A program made the translations under genes and the position numbers. A DNA stretch of 43,802 nucleotides from Octopus bimaculoides (Eukaryota): the NCBI RefSeq assembly GCF_001194135.2, contig NC_068981.1:76474109-76517910 (forward strand), written 5' to 3'. The notes under the pieces were generated by a model, which made no database searches, was not told where the DNA came from, and saw nothing but the letters and a program-made list of their open reading frames with translations. Positions within the stretch are counted from its first letter, which is position 1. Each line of letters starts with the position of its first letter. Shown in pieces: positions 23,023 to 35,470 of this stretch.

Positions 23023-25028
23023 ACATACATATGCACGTATGTATATACACACGCCTATTTGATATACATATAGGCATATGATGTATATGCTTGAACACAC
23101 ACACTCACACACAAATACATGCGCAACCACTATAGAGTTTACATCGTACATTTACAATATTTTCATTTCTACTTCGCAGGAATAAAAATAGACAATTCCT
23201 TTGTAATTGAAGCAAACTACTACATCATCCATTTATTTTCTCTAGTTCTTTTGTGCTTTTGTTTGCATATTTTCTTCTTTCTCCCCATCTTTCTTATTCT
23301 CACTCAATCATTCTTGATTCTTTTTATTTTCTTCCTTTTTCTTTTTTTCTTACGAGACTATTTTCAGATCTGCAAATATGTCGCCTTTTGTTTTTATACT
23401 CTTTCTTTTCTCCTTTCTTTTATGTCCTTTTATCTTCCTCGGTTCTGGCATTTTTAGCAGTTTCTTCGTCACTGAGTTTCATTTCGAAACAATAACAATA
23501 ACAACATCCAGTTGAGATGCCTATATTTATTTTAACTGGTCTTCTGACTACAAGTCTTTTTGACTGTAAAGTAATTAAATTCCTACTGAATTTTTCTCTT
23601 TTCTTTTCAAGTGACATCTGGTGGCTGAATTACCATCTTAGTATTTTTTATTCAAAACATTTTCTTTTCTATCATCCTCACTTTTATGTCTATTTCTGGT
23701 AGCAGTTAGAATCATCTACAGAGTTGTCGATAGACCAGCTTGCCACGTTAATCACTGTAAACGTTTACATATACACGTGTGCACTGCTGTTTATCTGTGT
23801 TATGTCTTAGTAGATGTCTGCTATGTAATATACAATCTTGTAATTCCAACCTTTCCTTCTAGATAAGTTATTGTCTTCCCCGATAAATGGAATTTACAGA
23901 TAATTGACGTTTTATTCTTTAATAAAGTTAATTGAATATCATTCTCTTGGTATTTCTTTTCGAGAACTTGAAGAAAATTTAATGTACCTCACGAAATATC
24001 TTGAAAATAATTGCTTTTCCTTTTAGGATCAAAATTATAGTAATGTTACTATTATGTTTCCTTAGCTTTATTGCATCGATACAAATATCAACAATTCACT
24101 AGTGGCTTCATTTGATATTGGCCTTTCAATGCAGTAAATGTGTTTAGCCGTAAGATAATTGATTATTTCTAGCATAGGTATACGACGTTATAAATGTGGT
24201 AAATGAAAGATGAAAAAACTATATTTTGGATCTAGTATCATACCATTTCTGAGAACGGCTTCCTTTTTATAACACGTAAAAATAATAGAAGTGACAGATG
24301 CGGCAAAATGCAGTATTATACATTTAGGTATACGGTCAGTAAAGATTGGTGTAGATAAAATTAGAATTGTCTGTATTACTTTCCTAAAACTTCTAATAGA
24401 ATATGATTATTTTTAAAAATCATATATACTCAGGAATATCTACACCCAAATGCTTTTGTTTTAAGATTTTATGAGAAATATATAGTATATTGTTGATAGT
24501 CGTAAATTTTACATTTTCATAATTGTATATGACATAACTATTGGACCTGATATTCTCAGATAATGTTTTACATAAGGTGCTTGCAGCGTGGATGACATAA
24601 GGTAGCCATTCAGAAACGCACAGAGACAATCAACTTAAATTAAACATTTATTTATAATACAGTGTCAGACTTTTTGTCTATCGAATATGCGACCTGTCTC
24701 CCCACAAAACGTTTTGCTGCATCTTCCTATATGTCTTCCTCGCTCAATCACTTTACTTTCAGCATTCGATCTCAAATGCATGCAAGTACATCTAGTTTGG
24801 AAGTAATTTTGAATTGTGAAGTAGAGTAGATTTCTTTCCTTTTTTCTTTTTTTTTTTAAGCTTGGATTACTGGTCATGCATATCTTAATATTTATTTATT
24901 TATGGAAGCACATAATATATTTTATTATTCACTAAAACATATCAAGATATTCATATGTCGCGTGCAAGGGTCTTTAACATGTACCTATCAACTTTATACT
25001 TATGATTTATTTTATTTTCTAATTTCAG

Positions 25029-25073
25029 TATGATCAACGGACAGAACGAAGATACAGAATTTCAACCAGTCTG
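25029..25073 (+). CDS. 45-nt internal exon (phase 2-2), probably cytoplasmic tail of a membrane protein
   Basis: Strong acceptor ttatttattttctaatttcAG and donor TG|GTAAAT. Frame (x)MINGQNEDTEFQPV(C) is phase-compatible with the terminal exon at 31881. Confidence 0.6.
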
Positions 25074-25442
25074 GTAAATATGTTTAAATTTTATGTTTAC
25101 ATTATGTTGACGTCTAGATTAAATAGTGGGATATTTAGTTTTGAATGAAACAGATTTGATAATACATCTACATAAACTGTGTCACAAACAAAGGTCGTGT
25201 ATATGGACGTCTAGGCTAGTTTCCATATAACAGTATCGACTATGGGAAACATAATGAGACTTATACAATGTAATTAGCAACAGATGTTCCTTATAGCTTA
25301 CTCAGAGAAGGGAAGGTGATCTCTAGAAAGTTTTTTTTTCAGGATTATAGAGTCAGACTAAAAGGGAGCTATAAGCTTCGACGCATAGATTACTACAGCA
25401 ATTGTATATTTCTGTGTGCATATATTATTTTATTCTTTTATT

Positions 25443-25810
25443 CTTTTACTTGTTTCAGTCATTTGACTGGGGTCATGTTGGAGCACCGCCTTTTAGTCGA
25501 AGAAATCGATCCCTGGACTTATTCTTTGTAAGCCTGGTAGTTATTCTATCGGTCTGATTTGCCGAAACGCTAAATTACGGGGACATAAACACACCAACAT
25601 CGGTTGTCAAGCGATGTTGTAGGGGGACAGACACAATTACAAAGACACGCATATATATATACGTTTACATACGACTGGTTTCTTCCATTTTCTGTATACC
25701 GAATCCACTCACAAGGCTTTGGTCGGTCCGAGACTATAGTAGAAAACATTTGCCCAAGGTGACACGCAGTGGGACTGAACCCGGAACCATGTGGTTGGGA
25801 GACAACATTC
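25443..25810 (-). mobile_element. SINE family A copy, 5' end degraded
   Basis: cttttacttgtttcagtcatttgactg...gggactgaacccggaaccatgtggttgg, homologous to 13124-13540. Confidence 0.9.
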
Positions 25811-25954
25811 TATGCATAGTGACGGCGCGTTGACTAGTGTTTAGGTTGTTCAGCTCATGATCATAATTTCGTGGATTCAAAATTTGTGTTGGGTGGCGCG
25901 TTTTGTCCTTCGACAAGGTACTTAATTTTATTTTGCCTCAGCATCGTCTCTCGT

Positions 25955-26332
25955 GGCACCCCGTCGGTTACGACGTCGAGGGTTCCAGTTGATCCGATCA
26001 ACTGAACAGCCTGCTAGTGAAATTAACCGGCAAGTGGCTGAGCACTTCACAGACACGTGCACCCTTAACGTAGTTCTCGGGGATATTCAGCGTGGCACAG
26101 TGTGACAAGGTTGACCCTTTGAATTACAGGCACAACAGAAACAGGAAGAAAGAATGAGAGAAAGTTGTGGTGAAAGAGTACAGCAGGGTTCGCCACCACC
26201 CCCTGCCGGAGCCTCGTGGAGCTTTAGGTGTTTTCGCTCAATAAACACTCACAATGCCCGATCTGGGAATCGAAACCGCAATCCTATGACCGCTCGAGTC
26301 CACTGCCCTTAGCACTGGGCCATTGCGCATCC
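25955..26332 (-). mobile_element. tRNA-derived SINE (family C)
   Basis: Minus strand begins ggatgcgcaatggcccagtgctaagggcagtggactcgagcggtcataggattgcggtttcgattcccag (A and B boxes). Its 3' tail is shared with 27240-27550. Confidence 0.88.
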
Positions 26333-26925
26333 TGCCCCAGCATACTTAGTTGAAAATATTATCAACCGAGTGCCAATTCAGCTCTATCCTTCCATACCCC
26401 ATCTCTCTATCTCATTTTTATTCAGCTGATTGTGCTGTTGGGTCAAAAGATATGTGTCTCTACTAATGTTCGCAACTGCAGAGCTAACTAAAACAGCAGA
26501 AGCATGCTGCATATTCGTGTGTCCATACTCGTGTGTCCGTATGTGGGCTGATACACAGATATACACTTATATACACATATATCGACCGAAAATGTAAAAT
26601 ACCAGACTCATCGTATCGTTGAATTAGTGTGTAAGCGACCGTGTAATTCACACACAAACATCACCTTAATAAGTTTTTCAAACATTATTTATGTAGCATT
26701 TGTGAAAGGCTAGACATTTCAGTTACATCCGACGGGCCTCTACATATTATCTAATTTTAAATACGTTCGCGTAATTGCCTTCATATGTTACGTCGACCCA
26801 AGTCAAAAGGAAATTACACACAGTTCGATCGTACTGATTCCACGCAGTACGATCGAACTCGGCGTCTGGAATGTGCGAAAATAAAAAAACATCTTAATAA
26901 TGTGCTCATATGGCACTTAATCACG

Positions 26926-26960
<35 letters not shown>

Positions 26961-27239
26961 GCGCGCAAACACATACACACAGAGAGACGCGGGCGGATAA
27001 ATTTATATATTAAGGATACAAATCTTCGCATAGTGTCAGAAGCCTCATAAAACAACACAAACGCATGTCACCAAATCATAATCTTACGCTAATAGTATAC
27101 TACGTAAGCACTAAATTTGGGATTAATAACTGTCTTAGTTTAGGTACAAAACCATGAGCTTTCAGAAGTGAATATAAATGCACCATTAACTCCACTGAAT
27201 GAATGGTACTTTACGTTATCGACTCCGACATTTATACGG

Positions 27240-27550
27240 TCAATGGCTTAGTGATTAGGGTATTCAAATCGTGATTGTAGGGTCACGAGTTCGATTCACG
27301 AAGGTGCATTGTGTCCTTGAGCAAGACGCTTTATTTCATGTTGCTCCAGTTCACTCTGCTGGCAAAAATGAGTAGTACGTGTATTTCAAGGTGCCAGATT
27401 TTACACGCTCTGTGTCACGCTGAATCTCTCTGAGAAGTATGTGAAGGGGTGCACGTGCCTATGAAGGGATCAGCCACTTGCACGTTAATCTCACGAGGAA
27501 GCTGTTCCATTGATCAGATCAACTGGAAAACTCGTCTTAAGCAACGGAGT
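27240..27550 (+). mobile_element. tRNA-derived SINE (family D) sharing its 3' tail with family C
   Basis: Head tggcttagtgattaggg...gagttcgattc, middle ttgtgtccttgagcaagacgctttatttc, and tail gtcacgctgaatctctctgagaag...gatcaactggaa matching 25955-26105 reverse-complemented. Confidence 0.85.
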
Positions 27551-28119
27551 ATCAGTATATATNNNNNNNNNNNNNNNNNNNNNNNNNNNNNNNNNNNNNN
27601 NNNNNNNNNNNNNNNNNNNNNNNNNTATATATATATAGCAAACAGTTTTGACCATTGCACGTAATTCCCAATAAATGTTTTATGTGCCCCTGCTTTCGTT
27701 TTTCCACTTACACGTGTATATGTATGTATGTATATGTATGTACAAAGTATGGGGTTTTAGTTTATAGGTGATCTAAACGATTAAGTACGCTAAGGTAAGT
27801 GCTGTTACGGATTACTGGAGATCTAAGATTATAGCCGAGCCGGTAGTTATGGAGTCATTGCAGATTTTCGATGCAACGGATATAGGATTGTTAAACAGGA
27901 CGTCAAACATTAAGGCAAGGCAAACATCTGAAGTCATATACAGTATTACAGGAAGAAATACAAAATCTTACACCTGTTTCTGGGATATTCCCGAGTATGG
28001 GATATTCCGTCATCAGAGACAAATTGGGGGAGAAATATGGAAAATGAGAATGGTATATATCAATAAAATGACAACATAGAGGAAGGAGGTAAAAGAATAA
28101 GAGAAAAAAAAGGAAGTCT

Positions 28120-28241
28120 AACTTTCCGAAGTTATAGAAGCTAAAGCATGTATCCTTAGGTGCAATCCTGCGTATATCCATGGGTCTACGCCTGATTGCA
28201 CCTAAGGACTCACGCTTTGATTTCTATAACTTCGGAAAGTT
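28120..28241. repeat. Foldback / MITE-like inverted repeat
   Basis: 55-bp arms 28120-28174 and 28187-28241 match at 47 of 55 positions, with the outer 20 bp perfect; the loop is 12 nt. Confidence 0.9.
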
Positions 28242-28351
28242 GAACCATGAACTTTTATGCTTCTTTTTTCCTTCTGTCTTTCGTGGATTCAAGACTTGTG
28301 TTGGGTGGCGCGTTTTGTACTTCTTTGTTCCAGCTTCCTTGTTCCAGTTAC

Positions 28352-28354
<3 letters not shown>

Positions 28355-28418
<64 letters not shown>
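28355..28418. repeat. (GA)n microsatellite
   Basis: Seen directly. Confidence 0.95.
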
Positions 28419-30845
28419 CGGATCTGTATACATACATAGATTCTAACATCATTATATACCACTTCGTATCTTAGTTCTCTATTTTTTTCCACTAAGCAGA
28501 CACTTGGCATATCTTGACTTATGGATCTGAGTGTCACAACTTATCGTTTAAATCAATTACATAATTTATGTAAGAATAACCATCAAGGCAATATCACATT
28601 AGCCTACCAGTTTCTAACGTTATTCTTAGAATTTGAGACTGATTCATATTTAGTCTAGCTGATTTTTAATGGCGTACTCAGATCAGGGAAATCACTACCC
28701 ATTAATAATTTTCTAGCACAGCTTGATTTGTAAGTGGAAGTTAGGTAAGTTATTCTCTCATGATTGACTGATACTTCAAACAGCGTGGACGCCGCTAAAA
28801 ATACCCAAGATTCAGAAAGTGGTGTTAAGCTGTGGAAGAATGGGGTAGCTTTCAGAGACAACGATATACTATTTTTGTACACGAAAATTTCAATCACAAA
28901 GCTTTGTTCCAGTAAAGACTATGGAAAATGGTACTAAGAAACTGCATAATAGTGAGACTACGTTGTTGCGAAGTGTAAGGTTGCAGAATAAGCGGTCACT
29001 TGGCTGCAAGTCAAATATTTTAACTATACAGTATTGCTTGCACCCATTGTATGTCAGTATATAGTATTTACTATGATTGAAATTCCAGGTTTCTCTGAAT
29101 CTGAGTGCAAAGCTTCAAACTGGAATGCGTTTGTGAAAATAATTTCTAAGTTTGGACTATTTCTGTAGCACAAAACTCATTCAACTCTTTCTCACTCCAT
29201 CCACAATTCTCTTTATCTCTCTTCCTCATATGAACTGCAGTGACCGTTTAATATAGCGCAAAGCGTAATATTTTAAGAATATCTTCAACATTTATTTCAA
29301 CAGCTTTCAGATATAGCTTCTGTATCTTTACGCTTCGACAAAATTAAAGAAAGTATTAACATTCGAAAGAAAATATAGACTCTTCTCGCAAATGATTATA
29401 TACTCACACTCACATGCACACACTCACACACACGCATACACGCATACACACACACACACACACACACATACAACTTACTTGCTATCATGCAGAGGTCTGG
29501 CGATAACGTTTAAATTGTTGAACGTCAAAATTTTATTTGGTTAAACGTAACTGGTGATTTGCCAAACAAGCAGTTAAATTCATCTATATTGCTAATGGAG
29601 TTTATATGTACAGATCAATGCCGTGAGATCAGTTTTATTCATTATCAATAACAGTATAACAATATAGATATTTGATGTCTTTCAAATGTATTTTTATCAA
29701 CTTTAATTGATTATATGACTCATTATACAAAGATAAAATATTATTGATTTTAACGTATATTCACAATTTATTACCACGGTGCATATAAGTGTGCCTGTAT
29801 ATATGTATGATCTTCCAGGTTTGTCTCAGTTTGATGGTTCTGTCGTAAAAGCGATTAAGTTTAACTGCAGCTAAATTATGTATGCGTTCGTACGTGTGTG
29901 TGTGTGTGTGTCTCTGTGGGCGCGTGTGTGTGATTATATACGTACATAGAAACGTGTGTTTGTGTGTGCGTATATATATATATATATATATATATATATN
30001 NNNNNNNNNNNNNNNNNNNNNNNNNNNNNNNNNNNNNNNNNNNNNNNNNNNNNNNNNNNNNNNNNNNNNNNNNNNNNNNNNNNNNNNNNNNNNNNNNNNN
30101 NNNNNNNNNNNNNNNNNNNNNNNNNNNNNNNNNNNNNNNNNNNNNNNNNNNNNNNNNNNNNNNNNNNNNNNNNNNNNNNNNNNNNNNNNNNNNNNNNNNN
30201 NNNNNNNNNNNNNNNNNCCCCCCCCCCACAAAAATTTCCTTTCTTGAGCTATAGTGTTACAAAAAGCACAATATACTCTAGACTAAGGAGAAAAGAAATT
30301 CCCACCATAAGTGAACGCGAGGGCAACAGATACGCATTTCGCCACTCTGCTACCTCTCAGTGTGAAGTAGTCGCATCACTTCCAAGACAAATTATAGTTA
30401 ACTAGTTTGAAGTGTATATAGGCAGTGCATTAACTATACATCAGCAACGAATAAGCAGATAACATTCCAATTAGGCAACGGACGCACTTCTTTAGTAAAA
30501 ACTCTATCAATACAATATACTTATGTATGTGTGGTCGAAACATCCATACGTAGACCTCGAGTTCTGTTTCGGTTCGATCAACAGTCAGCTCCTTTGCAGT
30601 AACATCTATGCACTGGTGACTTATACTCTGAGTAGTCTTTATTTATCAGCGTCTAGCTGCCATCCTTGAGGATGCTGATCCTAGGCATCCTACCAAGTTT
30701 TAACACCGGTGCAGCTAAGACAAAAAAGGCGCCTTCTCTTATAGACATGATTTATCAGAAAATAAAGGGTAACTTAGTCACATTTTTTATGCAGCAAGCA
30801 GAATCTGAATATTTCCTCCTTTTTATTAACTGTGTGTCGCATGTG

Positions 30846-30846
<1 letters not shown>

Positions 30847-30920
<74 letters not shown>

Positions 30921-31030
30921 NNNNNNNNNNNNNNNNNNNNNNNNNNNNNNNNNNNNNNNNNNNNNNNNNNNNNNNNNNNNNNNNNNNNNNNNNNNNNNNN
31001 NNNNNNNNNNNNNNNNNTGTGTCGCATGTG

Positions 31031-31070
<40 letters not shown>
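30847..31070. repeat. (CA)n tracts on both sides of an N gap
   Basis: Seen directly; both tracts are preceded by the same tgtgtcgcatgtgata. Confidence 0.9.
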
Positions 31071-31076
<6 letters not shown>

Positions 31077-31449
31077 ATATATATGGGTATGTATGTATAT
31101 ACATGGAATGTGGCTTGCTCTGATATTTTGTCACAGACTAACTTCTCGCAGAGCCGTTTTCCTTGTATTTCTTTGTTGAGATGTTTGTCTGAGATATACC
31201 ATTACAACTATTCACTTCCTGCGTTCCTATAAAGGGTATAAAGGCTGTACATATCGTTATTTTCATTGAATGCTGCTTTAAGATTATTCACTCACATACA
31301 CACATACATACACAAATTTACACACAAAAACACGCACGCAGAGACAGACAGACAGAAGACAGATATATATATATATAGAGCGAGAGAGATAGAGAGAGAT
31401 AGATAGATAGATATGCGGAATCAAGTTCCCACAAACGTTGGCTATATAA

Positions 31450-31600
31450 AGACAATTTTGTCCAATGAGTTCAAATTCCGGCGTACATGGCTTGTACTTA
31501 TTTCAATATTTTGGGGTCGACGAAATTAGCACTGGTTACATACAGGAGTCGATGTAAACGATTTGCTCTTCCCCCAACATTTCAGGCCGTTTGCTTGTTG
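31450..31600 (+). mobile_element. Degenerate SINE family B fragment
   Basis: gagttcaaattcc...ttggggtcgacgaaattagcactgg...gtcgatgtaaacgatt resembles 22860-22960. Confidence 0.5.
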
Positions 31601-31628
31601 CTTAAAAGGTTATCATTATTCTTCTTGA

Positions 31629-31629
<1 letters not shown>

Positions 31630-31675
<46 letters not shown>
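31630..31675. repeat. (CAT)n microsatellite
   Basis: Seen directly. Confidence 0.95.
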
Positions 31676-31676
<1 letters not shown>

Positions 31677-31880
31677 CATTATTTATTTTTCTAGTTATTT
31701 TTCTTTTATTAATAGTAGTATAACTACAATTTTACTCTGTACTTTATTTATCACAATTCCCTAACATTTTATTTATAATTAAAAATGATTTTTAAATGTC
31801 TGTTAAAACATTAATTTAGGTTTCTTCATGATATGCTAATAATTAAATAAATTCGTTTATTCCTCTTTCTCTCAATATAG

Positions 31881-31980
31881 CAACAGTGCTGTACCGGACA
31901 CTGCGTTTTCGAATCCGATGTATGAAGAACGCAACAGTCGACAGCAGTTATTGGCAGCTGACAGTAGCACGCGGTGCTAA
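31881..31980 (+). CDS. Terminal coding exon with FxNPxY motif (cytoplasmic tail of a putative endocytic type I membrane receptor)
   Basis: Acceptor tttattcctctttctctcaatatAG. Frame (x)NSAVPDTAFSNPMYEERNSRQQLLAADSSTRC* ends at TAA 31978-31980. The exon has CpG/GC-rich, coding-like composition in AT-rich flanks, with polyA signals downstream. Confidence 0.72.
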
Positions 31981-32059
31981 ATCCATGTGACACAAGCGTC
32001 CAAAAGATCTCATTTACAGTATGGTCTTTATTGCATCAAGTACTGGCATAACAAGTGAA

Positions 32060-32080
32060 AATAAATACACGACAAATAAA
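32060..32080 (+). promoter_or_regulatory. Tandem AATAAA polyadenylation signals
   Basis: AATAAA at 32060-32065 and 32075-32080, 80-100 nt after the stop of the NPMY exon. Such hexamers are common in AT-rich DNA. Confidence 0.35.
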
Positions 32081-32602
32081 CAAGAAAATCTGGAAAACGA
32101 AAGAATTCATTAAAAACTCCACAGATATTAAAAGCAACAGAAGAAAATTGTGAATGAAAGAAATTGAAATAAAAGACTACAATATGTTAAAATAACCTGC
32201 ACCGAATGATATATTTTTGTTTAATTATTAGTTATTGATTAATGACTGATAAAGAACCAAAACCATTATGGTTGTACATAAACTACAGCAGTAATATATC
32301 ATAATTTATAAAACAATGTGAATATATGCACACTTTCGACTGTGCATTCATGTATGCATAAACGCATTATATATGTATATGCATACCAACAAATGTAACA
32401 ACATGCACACAAACGTACACATACATACATATACCTTTCAATTATGCATATAAATATATATATATATACACACATGCTATATATATATATATATATATAT
32501 ACATATGTATTTATATATATATATATACAAACATTATATATATATAAGTATATATANNNNNNNNNNNNNNNNNNNNNNNNNNNNNNNNNNNNNNNNNNNN
32601 NN

Positions 32603-32634
<32 letters not shown>

Positions 32635-32640
32635 TATATG

Positions 32641-32675
<35 letters not shown>

Positions 32676-32955
32676 GTATATGTATATATAGAGATATAGG
32701 TAATTAAATTTCTTCCAAGAAAGCAATGAGTTGAGAAAAAAGTATGAATGTATTGTGGATGCAAGCACTTTAGTAATTGTATGGATGCAAGTGTGGATGT
32801 GCGTAAATGTAAAAGACAATATAATGACTGTCTACTAGTACATCTTATGATCAACTGCGGCAGTAATATATGAAATAAACTTCAACCATAACATTTATTA
32901 TTTTGAGAAGCGCATACATATTTTCTAAAAGAAAATGCAAAGAAATTCTTCAATA

Positions 32956-32959
32956 TGAC

Positions 32960-33004
<45 letters not shown>

Positions 33005-33165
33005 TAACAATAGAATTAATAATAATAATAACAATAGTATTAACAATAATAGTATTAACAATAATAGTATTAATATTAATAATAATAGTATTAATAATAA
33101 TAATAGTAATAATAATGATAATAATAGTATTAATAATAATAATAATAATAATTACGATAATGGAG
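32956..33165. repeat. (AAT)n with AGT/AAC variant units
   Basis: Seen directly; explains the poly-N and poly-I ORFs. Confidence 0.95.
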
Positions 33166-34286
33166 TTGATAATTGTGTATACTAATTAACAATGGAAATT
33201 CTTAATTGAAAAATATCTTGTAATAAAATTAGAGCACCCTTAGAACAAACATTTAAACGCTTCTAGTGACATGCGTTAATGTTGATTAAAATTAATTTAG
33301 ATAAAATAACATGTATATGTATATCTCTCTATCTATCTNNNNNNNNNNNNNNNNNNNNNNNNNNNNNNNNNNNNNNNNNNNNNNNNNNNNNNNNNNNNNN
33401 NNNNNNNNNNNNNNNNNNNNNNNNNNNNNNNNNNNNNNNNNNNNNNNNNNNNNNNNNNNNNNNNNNNNNNNNNNNNNNNNNNNNNTATATATATATTATA
33501 TGATATAAAATATATCCGAAGTTTTCGTTAAATTCTTTGAAAATAAATTATACCGAAAAAGATTCTCTTTGGATTTGATATGTCTTTGTCTTCAGCCAGA
33601 AACTGCTGTAGTTTTAAAAAGTAATTATAGTTCCCCAGTACAAAGACAACAGTTATAGGACGTATCCTCGTGTTAGACGATTATTATTGTTATTCTTTTT
33701 TTGTCAAGGACTTTTTGATCTTATTGTTTTGTTATAAATCTAATCCAGACATCAAATTCAATCGAGTGATTATTTTCCTTTCTTTTTGTTTTTGTTTTGT
33801 TTTGCTGTGTGTTGATTTGTTCGTTTGGGAGAGATGCTTGTGTTTGTTGTTTTGGGATGGGAGATACGTGCTTAGTGTCAATTTAAATGATTTATAAATT
33901 GTTAAATGTACCAGTTAGACTCATTTGTTTAAATTCATTGAAATGCAAGCATGGACAACATGTATGTAACTATTACATACATACATTATATCATAGAAAA
34001 AGAACTTTACTCAAGCAATTGACAACGTGTACAATAAAAGGTTTATCACACTATTAAAATAGCAACTAATTTTTCCAGTCATATGAGTTCATCTGCAATT
34101 GAATGTATATTTATGCTACATGTAAGTATGATGTTTATATGACGCATATATGAAAGTGTACGCTGTATGTATGTTATATGTATGTTAGTACATGTATATA
34201 TCAAATATGTATATATAACAAGTATGGCCTTTGCGATGACAACAATTTGTGACTCATTGCTAGTAACTGATTAATTATTCTCGTAG

Positions 34287-34452
34287 TCAATATACTATTG
34301 TTGAAATACAAATTCCCTGTGGGTGTGATGACTGTGCCGTATATATAGGACGAGTCCAATCTTTAATAATGTCAGGAACCACATTTAAAACCACATGGAA
34401 ATTATTCCATAAACCACTGAGACCCACCTCGGATAATACTTTTATAATATAA
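34287..34452 (+). pseudogene. Possible GIY-YIG (Penelope-like endonuclease) remnant
   Basis: Frame reads QYTIVEIQIPCGCDDCAVYIGRVQS, resembling the PLE pattern VYxIPCxxCxxxYIG; there is no convincing continuation. Confidence 0.25.
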
Positions 34453-34846
34453 CTTTGAGATTTTTGAGCTTCTACCAATTAATAGAAAACTGGTGTTCAG
34501 GAACATCTACTCTACTTTGTTTTGCAGGTGATACTTGAAATACAGCAAAGACTATTTGCATATGCAGAATCCAATATTTCATTGTACAGGAATTTACAGC
34601 CTATTTTTACTTACAAAACGAATTAATTAGACACCTGAATAATCTCTTCCCTGCATTGATCAAATCGTTAGATATATCTTCAAGTTCCACATGCTACTAC
34701 AATTATACAATTCTAAAAATATATGTCAATTTCGAAACATCTGTAAAAACAAACAACTTCTCTCCACACGTCTAAGTACAAAACCATAAAATACCTTCCA
34801 GTTATTACATTAAGTCTACATCTGTGAAGATATGTGTAAATTTCAA

Positions 34847-34892
<46 letters not shown>

Positions 34893-35142
34893 ACAGATAC
34901 ACGTTCAAGATATATGACAATTTGTTTAAAAATGCAATTATATCTGCATACATATATGTTTAATATGTATAACTATATATATTTATGTGTAGGTTTCTAA
35001 GTGTATATTCATATATATAGGTACACAGACACACACACGATCACATGCATATATATCTTTGAAAGTGTATAAGGATATATGAATATACATGAATATGTAT
35101 ATGTGTGTGTGTGTGTGCATGTATATATATATATATATATAT

Positions 35143-35178
<36 letters not shown>

Positions 35179-35287
35179 TGAGAGAGAAAGAGAGATTTTA
35201 TCATGGAACTGTACGTTAAATACCAGAGCACAATGAAATGTGAAGTTAATTAGTGTAGATTGTTGTTAATATCAGTAGCTGACAGAA

Positions 35288-35470
35288 GGCGGCGAGTTCA
35301 CAGAGTCGTAAGCACGTCTAACAAAATGCTCTGCAAGCATTTCGTCCGTCTCGAGTTCAAATATTGCTGACGTCGACTTTGTCTTTCGAGGAATAATAAG
35401 ATAAGTACCAGCTGTGTAATAAGGCTACAATCCCTCGACATTGCTGGCATTGTGCCAAAATTTGAAGCCA
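35288..35470 (+). mobile_element. Degenerate SINE family B copy
   Basis: ggcggcgagttcacagagtcgtaagcacg...gagttcaaat...gtcgactttgtctttc...ataagtaccag. Confidence 0.75.

Noticed and set aside
24029-24133. Hydrophobic stretch IKIIVMLLLCFLSFIASI behind a good acceptor, as a candidate transmembrane exon
   Set aside because: In-frame stop before any usable donor; hydrophobic runs are expected by chance in T-rich DNA.
13124-27320. tRNA-like sequences at the SINE heads (13124, 22792, 26332 minus, 27240)
   Set aside because: They have A/B-box-like motifs but no complete cloverleaf and run straight into SINE bodies; not tRNA genes.
27960-28020. Minus-strand CTGATGA...GAAAC spacing suggesting a second hammerhead
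   Set aside because: There is no base pair closing stem II next to the core, stem I is only 3-4 bp, and the apparent stem is a direct repeat of gggatattcc. The similar CTGATGAAGG at about 10340 minus lacks GAAA.
30830-31070. Apparent tandem repeat unit tgtgtcgcatgtgata(ca)n on both sides of a 96-N gap
   Set aside because: Most simply an unmerged contig overlap (the same locus assembled twice); it cannot be called biological without long reads.
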